From the human T2T-CHM13v2.0 reference genome, Homo sapiens, in assembly GCF_009914755.1 (NCBI RefSeq), contig NC_060930.1: a DNA stretch of 64,000 nucleotides, one strand, 5' to 3'. A program made the position numbers and the translations under genes. How positions within the stretch are numbered: position 1 is the first letter of the stretch; every line of letters starts with the position of its first letter. Shown here piece by piece: positions 39,310 through 55,782 of the stretch. The notes beneath the pieces are model-generated. The model was not told the origin of the DNA. It did not search any database and saw nothing but the letters and a program-made list of their open reading frames with translations.

Positions 39310-39789
39310 GTGAGAGGTGCATGAGATATCCCTTGGGTACCTCCCTCCTCCCCTCAAGGTGAATGTTTCATCAACAAAATCAAGCTAATAGAAGTCTCAG
39401 GTTGTCACTTTTGGTGTCTTGAATAGGATATTTGTGTGAGAGCCCCTTTGATTAACCCATTGCCAGCCCCCTCCCACCCTGACCTCTGAACCTTCACAAT
39501 ATCCATCCCTTACCCTCCCCGCTGACCAAGTGGCTCTGGATCCCAGTCAGGCGCTAAAAATCTGCTATTTGTGCTTAGGTTAGCTTTACCCATAGCTGAA
39601 TGGCTCTGAGGTTCACGGTGGAAGATCTCTAAGGGGGACAGTTTTGCTGCTCCTGGGATGGAATAGGTATGATGGTGATCCATCCACCTGCAAGTTCTGG
39701 TTTCCCAGTACGTATATGATTTAGAATTAGAAGCACATAATACATAGCCTTGTTACTGGCACCCCTTCCCCTAATCTTGCTTTCCCTTT

Positions 39790-40208
39790 GTATTAGGCCA
39801 TTCTTGCACTGCTATAAAGAAATACTTGAGACTGGGTAATTTGTAAGAAAAGAGGTTTAATTGGCTCACGGTTCTGTAGGCTGTACAGGAAGCATAGCAG
39901 CATCTCTTTCTGGGGAGGCCCCAGGAAGCTTTCAATCACGGTGGAAGGTGAAGGGGGAGCAGGGATCTCACATGGCGGGAGCAGGAGTGAGAGAGAGTGA
40001 TGGTAAAGGTGCTACACCTTTTTAAATGACCATATATCACAGGAACTCACTCACTATGGTGAGTACAGTGCTAAAGGGGATGGTACTAGACCATTTATGA
40101 GAAATCTGCCCCCACGATCCAATCACCTCCCACAAGAACCCACCTCCAACATTGGGGATTACATTTCAATATAAGATTTGGGCAGGGACACGGATTCAAA
40201 CTGTATCA
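39790..40208 (-). mobile_element. MSTA-like solo LTR
   Basis: TGTATTAGGCCATTCTTGCACTGCTATAAAGAAATAC...AAACTGTATCA. Confidence 0.85.
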
Positions 40209-40351
40209 CCCTTCATATCATCCTTTATAATACTATGCCAATCTGATCATGGCCAGGTTCAACTTCTTTTTTAAAGGCTTCCCAGAGACTACTGAATCTT
40301 ATGACCCAAATCTCTTTGCATGGCAGACAACTTGCTGAAGAAAGCCTGTCT

Positions 40352-40648
40352 GGCTGGGTTCAGTGGCTCACACCTGTAATCACAGCACTTTGGGAGGCCT
40401 ATTCAGTTTGCGCCTAGGAGTTCAAGACCAGCCAGGGCAACAAAGAGAGACCACTGTTTAAAAAAAAAAAAAATTAGCCAGGCATTGGGGTACATGCCTA
40501 TAGTCCCAGCTACTGAGGAGGCTGAGGTGAGGGGATCACTTGAGCCCAGGAGGTTGAGGCTGCAGTGAGCTGAGATCACATCACTGTACTCCAGCCTTAG
40601 TGTCAGAGTGATACCCTGTCTTGGAAAAAAAAATAAAAAAGAAAGAAA
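40352..40648 (+). mobile_element. AluJ
   Basis: TSD AAGAAAGCCTGTCT. Confidence 0.9.
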
Positions 40649-40785
40649 GCCTGTCTGATTTCACGAAAGGTTTTTGCAGGACACGCTTTTAGTTTCCACA
40701 AAACAGCCACCCTCTACTTCCTTACTGGCAAAGCTTTCATGAATATTATTTATTTGCCATTTCAGTGCTGCTTTCTCAGATATAG

Positions 40786-42800
<2,015 letters not shown>

Positions 42801-43442
42801 TCTTTGGTTTGGGTGGCAAGGAGAGAAGGTTGGGGTTTGTTTTTGACATACAAATCACTTTTTAAAACTTCAACAATAACAAATTAATACTGTGTTTGTG
42901 TGTGTATGTATGTGTGTGTGTATGTGTTTAAGAGAGATAGAAAATAAATGTTTCTTATTGTTTGAAGCTACTTACTTTTGGGGCAATTTATTATGCAGCA
43001 ATAGATAACAAACACAATGGATTTTCACCAAATTTTAAGGTTTGTTTTTTTTTAATTAAAAAATGACTTAAAATATATGCTATGTGGCATACAGCGTATC
43101 TAATTTAGTGGTTCTGTGGTATCACCTCAAAGAAATTAGCAGTTTTACACCAGAGCAAATTAAAGTGATGTATAATGTGAGGCTTGGAAAGATAGTCTAT
43201 GCCTTTTAAGATATTGTGAATATAGAAAACAAACAGAAATTGCAAGTAGGAACCTTATATAGGAAGTTATAACTGTGAGCACTTCAAATTACAATAACTA
43301 ATTTGCCATCCGGCTGCTTCTTACATGGGCAACTCCATAGAACCATTCTTAAGGCTCATTACAAACATACTTATTTATGTCAGTTGGTAACCGGGAACAA
43401 CATAGGGTTCAGCTAGTCTTTGACACAAAAATATCATTAATT

Positions 43443-44525
43443 TGTTGTGGGAAGTCAGGGACCCTGAATGGAGGGACCAGCTGGAGCCAAGGCAGAAGAA
43501 CATAAATTGTGAAGATTTCATGGACATTTAGCAGTTCCCCAAATTAATACTTTTATAATTTCTTACACCTGTCTTTACTGCAATCTCTGAACATAAATTG
43601 TGAAGATTTCATGGATATTTATCACTTCCCTAATACTCTTATAATTTCTTATGCCTGTCTTTAATCTCTTAATCCTATTATCTTCATAAACTGAGAATGT
43701 ACGTCACCTCAGGACCACTATTGTACAAATTGGTTGTAGAACATGTGTGTTTGAACAATATGAAATCTGATTGTAAAACATGTGGGTTTGAACAATATGA
43801 AATCAGTGCACTCTGAAAAAGAACAAAGTAACAGCAATTTTCAGGTAACAAGAAAAGATAACCATAAAGTCTGACTGCTTGCAGGGTTGGGCAGAATAGA
43901 GCCATATTTTTCTTCTTGCAGAAAGCCTATAAACAGATGTGCGAGGAGAAATATCGCTGAATTCTTTTCCCAGGAAGGAATAACCCTGGGGAAGGAATGC
44001 ATTCCTCGGGGGAGGTCTGTAGATGGCTGCTCTGGGAGTGTCTGTCTTATGTGGTTGAGATAAGGACTGAAATATGCCCTGGTCTCCTGCAGTACCCTCA
44101 GGCTTACTAGGATTGGGAAATTCCAGCCTGGTAAATTCTAGTCAGACCGGTTCTTTGGTCTCGAACCCTGTTTCCTGTTAAGATGTTTATCAAAACAATA
44201 CGTGCACAGCGGGACATAGACCCTCATCAGTAATTCTAATTTTGCCTTCGCTTTGTGATCTTTATTGCCCTTCGAAGCATGTGATCCTTGTGGCTTACTC
44301 CCTGTTCGTACATCCCCTCCCCTTTTAAAATCCCTAATAAAAACCTGCTGGTTTTGCAGCTCGGGGTTGTCATCACGGTCCTACCAGTATGTGATGTCAC
44401 CGCTGGAGGCCCAGTTGTAAAATTTCTCTCTTTGTACTGTTTCTCTTTATTTCTCAGACCAGCCGACACTAAGGGAAAATAGAAAAGAACCTACATTGAA
44501 ATATTGGGGGCTGGCTCCCTCTATA
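43443..44525 (+). mobile_element. MER11 (HERV-K11/ERVK) solo LTR
   Basis: TGTTGTGGGAAGTCAGGGACCC start; family-typical internal tandem repeats. Confidence 0.9.
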
Positions 44526-44644
44526 ATTTGTCTTCATACTTCATGGGGTTTTATGAAGGTCAAAGTAAATAATGTGAGGTTTTGGCAACACAAAAGAACT
44601 ATACAGATGTATCACTGTGATTATATATCAATCAAGAAAGGTCA

Positions 44645-45266
<622 letters not shown>

Positions 45267-45764
45267 AAAAATCTTAAGATGTTTACAACATCCAAGATTT
45301 ATTTTTGCTCATGCTATATGTATTCATTGCAGGTTGGCTATGGCCCTGTCCATGTCATCTCACACCAGGACCCAGATGGCAGAGCTGGAGCAGTGACAGG
45401 TGTCATGAGAGGAGAAAGAGTCATGGAGAACCACACACTGGCCTTTGAAGCTATTTCCTGGAAGTGATATATGTTGCTTCTGCTCACATTTGATTGGCCA
45501 CAGAAGGTCACATAGCCAAACCTGATGCCAAGGAGTGAAATAATGTAATCTTCCCATATTTTTGCATTTTCTATTGTTCTTTCTTTCTTCCTGATGCTCC
45601 AAGATTTCTTCTTTATCCTCTCCTGTTTGTCTCAAGAGTTCCTTTTAGGCTAGGTGTGGTGGCTTACACCTGCAGTCCCAGCACTTTGGGAGGCTGAGAC
45701 AGGAAGATCACCTGAGGCCAGGAGTTTGAGAGTAGCCTGGGCAGCATGGTGAGATCCTGCTTCT

Positions 45765-45815
45765 ACACGCACACATGCACACACACACACACATACAGAA
45801 AAGAAAGAAAGAAAG

Positions 45816-45853
<38 letters not shown>
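45765..45853. repeat. Compound (CA)n/(GAAA)n microsatellite
   Basis: Seen directly. Confidence 0.9.
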
Positions 45854-45854
<1 letters not shown>

Positions 45855-46809
45855 ATTTCTTTTAGCCATTCTTTTAGGGTAGGTCTGCTGATGACAAATT
45901 CTTTTCATTTTCCTTCTCCTAAGAATGTCTTGATTTCCCCTTCATTCATGAAGGGTATTTTTGATGGCTACAGGATACTGGGCTGACAGTTATTTTCCTT
46001 TGGCACTTGAAAAAAATGTCATTTCCTTTTGGTTTTCATGGTTTCTGAAAAGCAATCTTCTGTCATTTGGATTGTTTTTCCTCTACAAATACTGTGTCAT
46101 TTCTGATTGGTTTCAAGATTTTTTAGTTTCCAGAAGTTTAATTATGATGTGCCTCTGCATGGATTTCTTTGGGTTTATTCTGTTTGGGATTTGCTTAGCA
46201 TCTTGAATCTGTTATGTTTTTTCCCCCTAAATTTAGGAAAATTTTTAGCCATTATTCCTTTCAATTCTTTTTCAGCTCCATCCTGTTTCTCCTCTCCTTC
46301 TGGGACCCCAATAACATGAATGCTAGATCTTTTGTTACAGTCACATAGTTATGTTCATTGTGGTCTGAGGTTACGTTCATTTTTTTCCTATCTATTTTCT
46401 CCCTGTTGTTCAGATTGGATGAATTCTGTTGTTCTATCTTCAAGTTTACTGAGTCTTTTCTCTGTCCTCTCCATTCTGCTGTTGTGCCCATTCGGTGAAT
46501 TTTAAATTTTTATTATGGCATTTTTCAGTTCTAAAATTTCCATTTGATTCTTCTTTATATCTTCTATTTCTTTTCTGAGACTTCTCCCTTTTTTATTTGT
46601 TTCAATCATATTTACAATGACTTGTTGAAACATTTTTTATGACGGCTGCTTCCTTGTCAGATAATTGCAACATCTGTGTTATCGTGATATTGACATCTGT
46701 TGTCTTTTCTTATTCTGGTTGAGATTTTCCTGGTTCTTGGTATGGCAAGTGATTTTCAATTGCATCCTGGACATTTGGATATTATGTTATGAGACTCTGG
46801 ATCCTATTT

Positions 46810-47106
46810 ATTAATTTATTTTGAGACAAGGTATCACTCTGTCACCCAGTCTGGAGGAGTGTAGTAGTGCAATCTTGGCTCACTGAAATCTCTGCCTCCT
46901 AGCTCAGGTGATCCTTCCGCCTCAGCCCCCCAAGTGGCTGGGACTACAGGCATGTGCCACCACACCTGGTTAATTTTTGTATTTTTTGTAGAGACAGGGT
47001 TTTACCATGTTGTCCAGGCTGTTCTCAAACTCTTGAGCCCAAGTGATCCACCCAACTTGGCCTCCTAGAGTGTTGGGACTACAGGTGTGAGCCATTGCAC
47101 CCAGCC
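46810..47106 (-). mobile_element. AluJ
   Basis: TSD CTCTGGATCCTATTTA. Confidence 0.9.
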
Positions 47107-47163
47107 TCTGGATCCTATTTAAATCTTCTATTTTATCAAGCCTCCTTGATACCACACTAACAG

Positions 47164-47167
<4 letters not shown>

Positions 47168-47209
<42 letters not shown>
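47168..47209. repeat. (TG)n microsatellite
   Basis: About 21 perfect units. Confidence 0.95.
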
Positions 47210-47211
<2 letters not shown>

Positions 47212-47614
47212 GGGGGTGTTGTCTGGTTCCTGCTGAGTGAGAGGTGAAGGCTTAGGTTCCTCACTTGGCTTCCATTGGTGGGGGTAGGAAACCTCAGTCC
47301 TGCTGGGTGCAGATGAGTTTTTGGGCTACTCTCTAGGCCTCTGCTGATATCATTCTGGCTAGGAGCGGGAGGGGTACCACTAGCCATGTGGTTGCCACTG
47401 ATAACCTGGGGGTAAGGTGGAGGGACAGAGGCTTTATCACCACTGGATGATGGTACAAGTTCCAGCTTTCCTCTTGGCTTCCTCTACTCAGAAGGAGTGA
47501 GAGGAACACCTCACTACCACTGAGGGTGAAGAGGAAATCCAGGACCCCATGTTACCTCCACTGACACTGTGGGGTATGCTTTTCACCGTTAGTGTGAATA
47601 AATGTCTGGGCTTT

Positions 47615-47983
47615 TGAGATATCTTTTCAGATTTTTTTCTATGTCTGACGACTTATGGCTCCAACTGGATCCTCCAACTGCTCCTGTGGCCCCACCCAGA
47701 AGTGACTCAGCATGTATGAGGACCATTTCCCACACCCCTATGATTGCAACCAATCAGCAGCAAGCACCCATTGCCTAGCTACTCCCCTTCTTCCCCCAAA
47801 CTATCCTTGGAAAACCCTAGTCTCAGAATTTTTTCTAAGAGGCTGATTTGAGCATAATAAGACTCCAGTCTTCTCCTTCGCCAGCTCTACATGTGAAAAA
47901 CTCTTTCTCTACTGCAATTCCCCTGCCTTTATAAATTGGCTCTATCTGGGCAGCAGGCAAGAAGAACCCATTGGACACTTACA
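47615..47983 (+). mobile_element. ERV1 LTR (LTR47/LTR8-like)
   Basis: CCCAGAAGTGACTCAGC, ACCAATCAGCA and 3' end GGCAAGAAGAACCCATTGG...TTACA. Confidence 0.6.
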
Positions 47984-48518
47984 GTCCCAACAGTTTTAAG
48001 TTCCACTTCTCCCAACAGTAAGTAATCTGCTCATTAACACACGCTTTATTGGCTCTTCTCCCTTCCCTGTCTCACTCTTCCCAGCCCTTCACTCAGTGCC
48101 CCTCCTAAATAAACTACTTATATCCAAGTACTTGTCCCAGGATGTGCTTTTGGAGAAACCTAAAATAAAACAGTAATTTTTGTGGCTATTCATACCTATT
48201 AATGGACATTTAACTACTTACCTTTCCTTTTCTTATTTATTTATTTCTGTATTTATTTACTCATTTTTGAGACACAGTCTCACTCTGTGGTCCAGCCTGG
48301 AGTACAGTGGTATGGCTCACTGCAACCTCCATCTCTCAGGCTCAAATGATCCTCTCACCTCAGATGCCTGAGTAGCTGCGATCACAGATGTGCACCACTA
48401 CACCTGGCTAATTTTCGTATTTTTTTGCAGAGACGGGGCTTCACCATGTTGCTCAGGCTGTTCTCAAACTCCTGGCCTCAAGTGATTTGCCTACCTTGGC
48501 CTCCCAAAATGCTAGGAT

Positions 48519-49394
<876 letters not shown>

Positions 49395-49424
49395 GGATTA
49401 CAGCCGTGCGCCACCTCACCTGGC

Positions 49425-49723
49425 CTTTTTTTTTTTTTTTTGAGATGGAGTCTTGCTCTGTCGCCCAGGCTGGAGTGCAGTGGTGCGGTCTTGGCTCACT
49501 GCAAGCTCCGCCTCCCCGGTTCACGCCATCCTGCCGCTTCAGCCTCCTGAGTAGCTGGGACTACAGGGGCCCGCCACCACGCCCGGCTCGTTTTTTTGTA
49601 TTTTTAGTAGAGACGAGGTTTCACCGTGTTAGCCAGGATGGTCTCGATCTCCTGACCTCGTGATCCGCCCACCTCGCCCTCCCAGAGTGCTGGGATTACA
49701 GGTGTGAGCCAGGGCGCCTGGCC
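49425..49723 (-). mobile_element. AluY
   Basis: CpG-rich with AluY diagnostics; TSD TCACCTGGCC. Confidence 0.95.
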
Positions 49724-49869
49724 TCACCTGGCCAATTCTTGATTCTATCCTGTAAACTGTCCTTGGAGTTTTCCCCAGGTGACTGCCCTCTGACTTCTTC
49801 ACTTTGTGAATCAGTCCTTCACATCTTCCTCTCTTAGTAGCCCAGAAACCCCAGGTTCTAACTTCCTTG

Positions 49870-50451
49870 TGACACAGGAGTTAAGAAGAAATTACTTAGG
49901 TAGACAGTGAGGTTACCGAAGTTCTTGGTAAGGTTTCTCTTTTAATGGAAAGCAGGCCCAAATCATTTTTCCTTCTAACAAAGAGCAGCCTGTAAAATCG
50001 GGCTGCAGACATAGATGACGGCAGTTGTGCCAATCATGTTCAAAATGGCGGCCCCATCATCCCTTCTCTGTCAGCCACAGGTGCAGTAAGGAGCCGACAA
50101 AATGGCACCCTCCGAGAGAGTTCATTTGCATAATAAGCTTAGGGTGGGGCGGCCAGCCTTCCCAGCTATGTAAACAAACACCTGATCAAACCAATCTGTG
50201 AGTCCTAAGTAAATCAGACGCCGCCTCCTCAAGCTGGACTATAAATTCGGCTCATCTGCCTCCAGCTGCCCCTTTTCTCTCGGAAGTCCCCTCTCTCACT
50301 AGAGAGAGAGCTGTTTTCCTTTCTCTTTCTTTTGCCTATTAAACCTTCCCTCTTAAACTCCTCGCGACTCCTCGCGTGTGTCCGTGTCCTACATTTTCCT
50401 GGCATGGGATGGCAAACCCCGGGTATTTACCCCAGACAACTGGCTGCTTCA
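49870..50451 (+). mobile_element. MER50 solo LTR
   Basis: TGACACAGGAGTTAAGAAGAAATTACTTAGG start; TSD CTTG. Confidence 0.85.
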
Positions 50452-51438
50452 CTTGCACTGGATCTTGAGGGTCGGGGAGATTTTTGACCTTTAACAGGGA
50501 CTCCATCATTGCAAGTTTTCCTTGGAGACTCTTGATGGCCCAGGTTTAGTTTATACCTACTGTGAGAGCAAGAACTTGAGTAATGTATGGATGGACCTTT
50601 TTGGAAGGAAAACAATTTTCATGGACTTAAATTATTTTTATAATTTAAATGTGTGGAAACACAACTAACTATGAATTCCTTATGCTTCAGTAGTTAAGCA
50701 GTTATAAAACCAAAGCAAAGTAGCCATAGGTACAAACAAAAGTATAAAGACAAGTTTAACATTAATGTAATAAATAGTGTTTTTCTGAAATGAAGTTGCT
50801 GCTGGCAACAGACCATGTACTGCCTGATGAAGGTTCTTCCGCACTTGGCACAATATTCCACTGTGTGCCTGGCGATGACTCAATTCTTCCCCTTCTCATG
50901 TCTGTTCAAATTACTAAGAAATCTTTGTTAGAACTTGTCTCCTGGCCTTCACTTGGTACAAATGCGACCAAGACAATTAAAGCTATAAATAGGTAAATGC
51001 AAATGCAGGTACTCACAAGCAGGGCCAGGATCAGTTACAAATGACCCAAAACATGCTTATAACACTTTTCAAATGCTACTAAGGAAAGTTAGACATGGAA
51101 CTTAATAGTTTTCACAGGTATTCACGAGTCCTCAGGAGTCCAGAGACCTCAGTTTGAGAACACTATCCTAGCACTGACCTTGACTTCCAGGGTGACCTTG
51201 AGGTAAGCATTTACCATTTTTGGATCTCTGTACATTTTTTGTACACAAGAATAATTTGGGCCACCAGTGTTCTTGGGAGATAAAAGAAGTTAGAGGAGTT
51301 AATGACAATGTTCCAAGATGTTCAAGGACTAGAGAGAAAGGATAAGAATGTATTATAGACCTCTAGAGTTGGAAAAAGAATGGTGGCTGAGATCCTCCAG
51401 CCTAGCTTTGGCTCTGTAATCAAAAAGACTCAGATTTG

Positions 51439-52220
<782 letters not shown>

Positions 52221-53149
52221 GCTCAGGGATCCTAAGACGCTGCTGAGAATTCCACAGGCTTTTTAGCAAAGGACAATAGAAAAGAGAAAGTGAAGATTCT
52301 AACATTCTGCCTATAAATGACAACATCTCCTATATGTGCAAATTAGGTCATTGTACCCTAAATAGCCCCGCAGCTGCCCTGGGCTTCCAGTCAGCCTTTC
52401 TGACCTCTCTCTTGGGTCTGCTGCTTTGGGGTGCTTCCTGCCATTCCCTGCCCAAGCCTGAATCTCTTTCCTGGCCGCTTTCACTTTCCTTCCATTTTCC
52501 AGTAATTGGAGTTGGTCACCTGTGCAGCAAGCGCCCCCAAGTGGCCTTCCTGTTCACTGTCCGGACCATAAGGCCTAAAGAATACTCCGATAAGTTTATC
52601 AAGGCCGGGCTTCCGCAGAGGCAGGACTCACCAGGCTTAGCGGTCGGTCCAGGGTCGGTCCAGTCTGGAGGCCCAGGGAGCCATTCTACATCCCCCTTTC
52701 CATTTTGGAAGACTGAGATGGAGGAATCCAGGGGAAGTTCTGGGTAGGAAGCAGCCACTTGCCATTAAGTGGCAATTAAATTGCTATTGCAATTTAAGGT
52801 AAATCGCAGCCCCTCTGGGCCTAGTTTTCTTTTTTCTCACTCTTTTTTTGGCGATAGAGTCTTGCTCCGTCACCCAGGCTGGAGTGTAGTGGTGTGATCA
52901 TAGTTACTGTTACCTCGAACTCTGGGGCTCAAGCCATCCTCCTGCCTCAGCTTCTGGGTAGGTGGGATTACAAGGTTTTCTTTTTATGAGAGCCCTGCCC
53001 CACTCATGTCAGAGGGCCCTGAGGAGGCAAACACAGGATGGTTGAAAATGCTAGTAAAACACCTAGGATGTGCACTGCTGTCCTGGCTGGAGGCTTAGGG
53101 GGAGCACCATGGGACGTACACAGGATAAAGTGGGATTAACTCCTCCCTC

Positions 53150-54345
<1,196 letters not shown>

Positions 54346-54787
54346 GCAAACTCTTAATAACAACTGTTGTGGAATGACTTGGGAGGTGGCACTCAGAGAT
54401 CCCAAGTGACACATGAGAAGTCCACAGAGAGAGATCATGTTTAGTGGAGTTTGGATGGTTGCTTTTATCAGTGGGCCTGTACCTTACAGATGCTATCTCA
54501 TTATCTTCTAAACAGACTCTGGGCCAGTGACCATTATCTCCCTCTTACTGATGTAGACTCAGCCAAGAGAAGCCAGATGTTGAGTCGGAACCTTAACTCT
54601 CCCTCTCAGACGCAGAGCCCTGCTTTCTCCCCTCCCATTTGATACTCTGCTTCCTCTTGCATGCTGTGAGAGGCGGCCTCATTACTCCTCTTCCCTCCTC
54701 CAGTCCCTCCAAGCCTAATTCATCACCTTTGGCTTTGGGATCATAGTTTCCAAACCAAGGATTGTCTGAACATTGTCTGACAATGCC

Positions 54788-55068
54788 CTTTTTTTTTTTT
54801 TTTTTAGGCAGGGTCTTGCTCTGTTGCCCAGGCTGGAGTGCAGTGGTGCAATCATGGCACACTGCAGCCTTGACCTCCTGGGCTCAGGTGATCCTCCCAC
54901 CCAGCCTCCTGGTGCGCATCACCACATCCAGCTAATTTTGGTATTTTTTGTAGAGATGGGGTTGTGCCATGTTGCCCAAGCTGGTCTCGAACTTCTGGGC
55001 TCAAGCGATCAGCCCTCCTTGGCCTCCCAAAGTGCTGGGATTATAGGCATGAGCCACCGCAACTGGCA
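54788..55068 (-). mobile_element. AluJ
   Basis: Alu consensus match. Confidence 0.9.
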
Positions 55069-55614
55069 CCATTGCCATTGGTATTTAAGAGGTGATGGTT
55101 TAGGCTTTGAAATTGGGGTTGTTTGTGAAAACCGAGAGCACCTTTTGTTTTCAGATATTTCCTATGGCCATTGGTGTAATTGGAGGGAAGCTCTCGCCAT
55201 ATATAATATTTTTGAGACAGCCAACTAAGAAACTGGGATTCTGGTTCTCTCCAGGGTGCAAAATCCTGGGAGAAGGAAGTGAATTCTCAGGGGCCCAGAA
55301 GGAGTCTCTAAAGGACCTCTGCCAGTCAATTCTAATCTCTCTTCTCCCCTGCAAATCAGCCCCTGCTTCTGCCTCTTTCTCCGCCTCTCCTAGATTCTCC
55401 CCCTCTGGAGGGCCTGAGCTCCCGGCCACCACCCCCAATGCCGCTTTCTGTTTCCTCTGCCTCCCTTCATCTCCTTTTGTCTGGGGTTTCTTTGTCTGGG
55501 GTCTCCCTTTGGTTCTGTTTCACAGTTCTCAGCCTCCCCTCCCTTTCTCCACAGCCAGGCTGCTCAGTCCCTCTCTGCGGGGGCCTAGAGGCTCGGTGAG
55601 GGGAGCGGGACTTG

Positions 55615-55628
55615 GTTGCCATGGTCAC
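55615..55628. promoter_or_regulatory. RFX X-box
   Basis: Minus strand reads GTGACC-AT-GGCAAC, a perfect match to GTNRCC-N(0-3)-RGYAAC. Confidence 0.6.
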
Positions 55629-55629
55629 A

Positions 55630-55782
55630 TTGAAGCCAGCCGCAGCTGGCCCGGGCAGCTGCTCCTCCTGGGCCCGGGGCCCCGGACGCTCGGACAAAGC
55701 CAGGCAGCGTTGGCAGCCCCAGACCCGACCCCAAAGGCCTGAGACTGGGGTGACTGGGACCTAAGAGAATCCTGAGCTGGAG
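55630..55782 (+). other. DDR1: DDR1 distal alternative first exon (start approximate)
   Basis: Local CpG enrichment, RFX box immediately upstream, donor GAG|GTGAGA at 55783. Confidence 0.65.

Larger units (their letters stand above)
45560..47600 (-). mobile_element. Ancient L1M ORF1/5' region fragment with Alu and microsatellite insertions
   Basis: Antisense L1 ORF1-like sequence (AGGTCTGCTGATGACAAATTC...; coiled-coil-like frame at 46261-46491). Confidence 0.7.

Noticed and set aside
43495-43810. Direct repeats with spacers (AACATAAATTGTGAAGATTTCATGGA x2; TTTGAACAATATGAAATC x2)
   Set aside because: Normal internal duplications of the MER11 LTR; not CRISPR-like.
55107-55742. 211-aa plus-strand ORF
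   Set aside because: Non-ATG start, crosses a pyrimidine-rich promoter, no recognisable homology.
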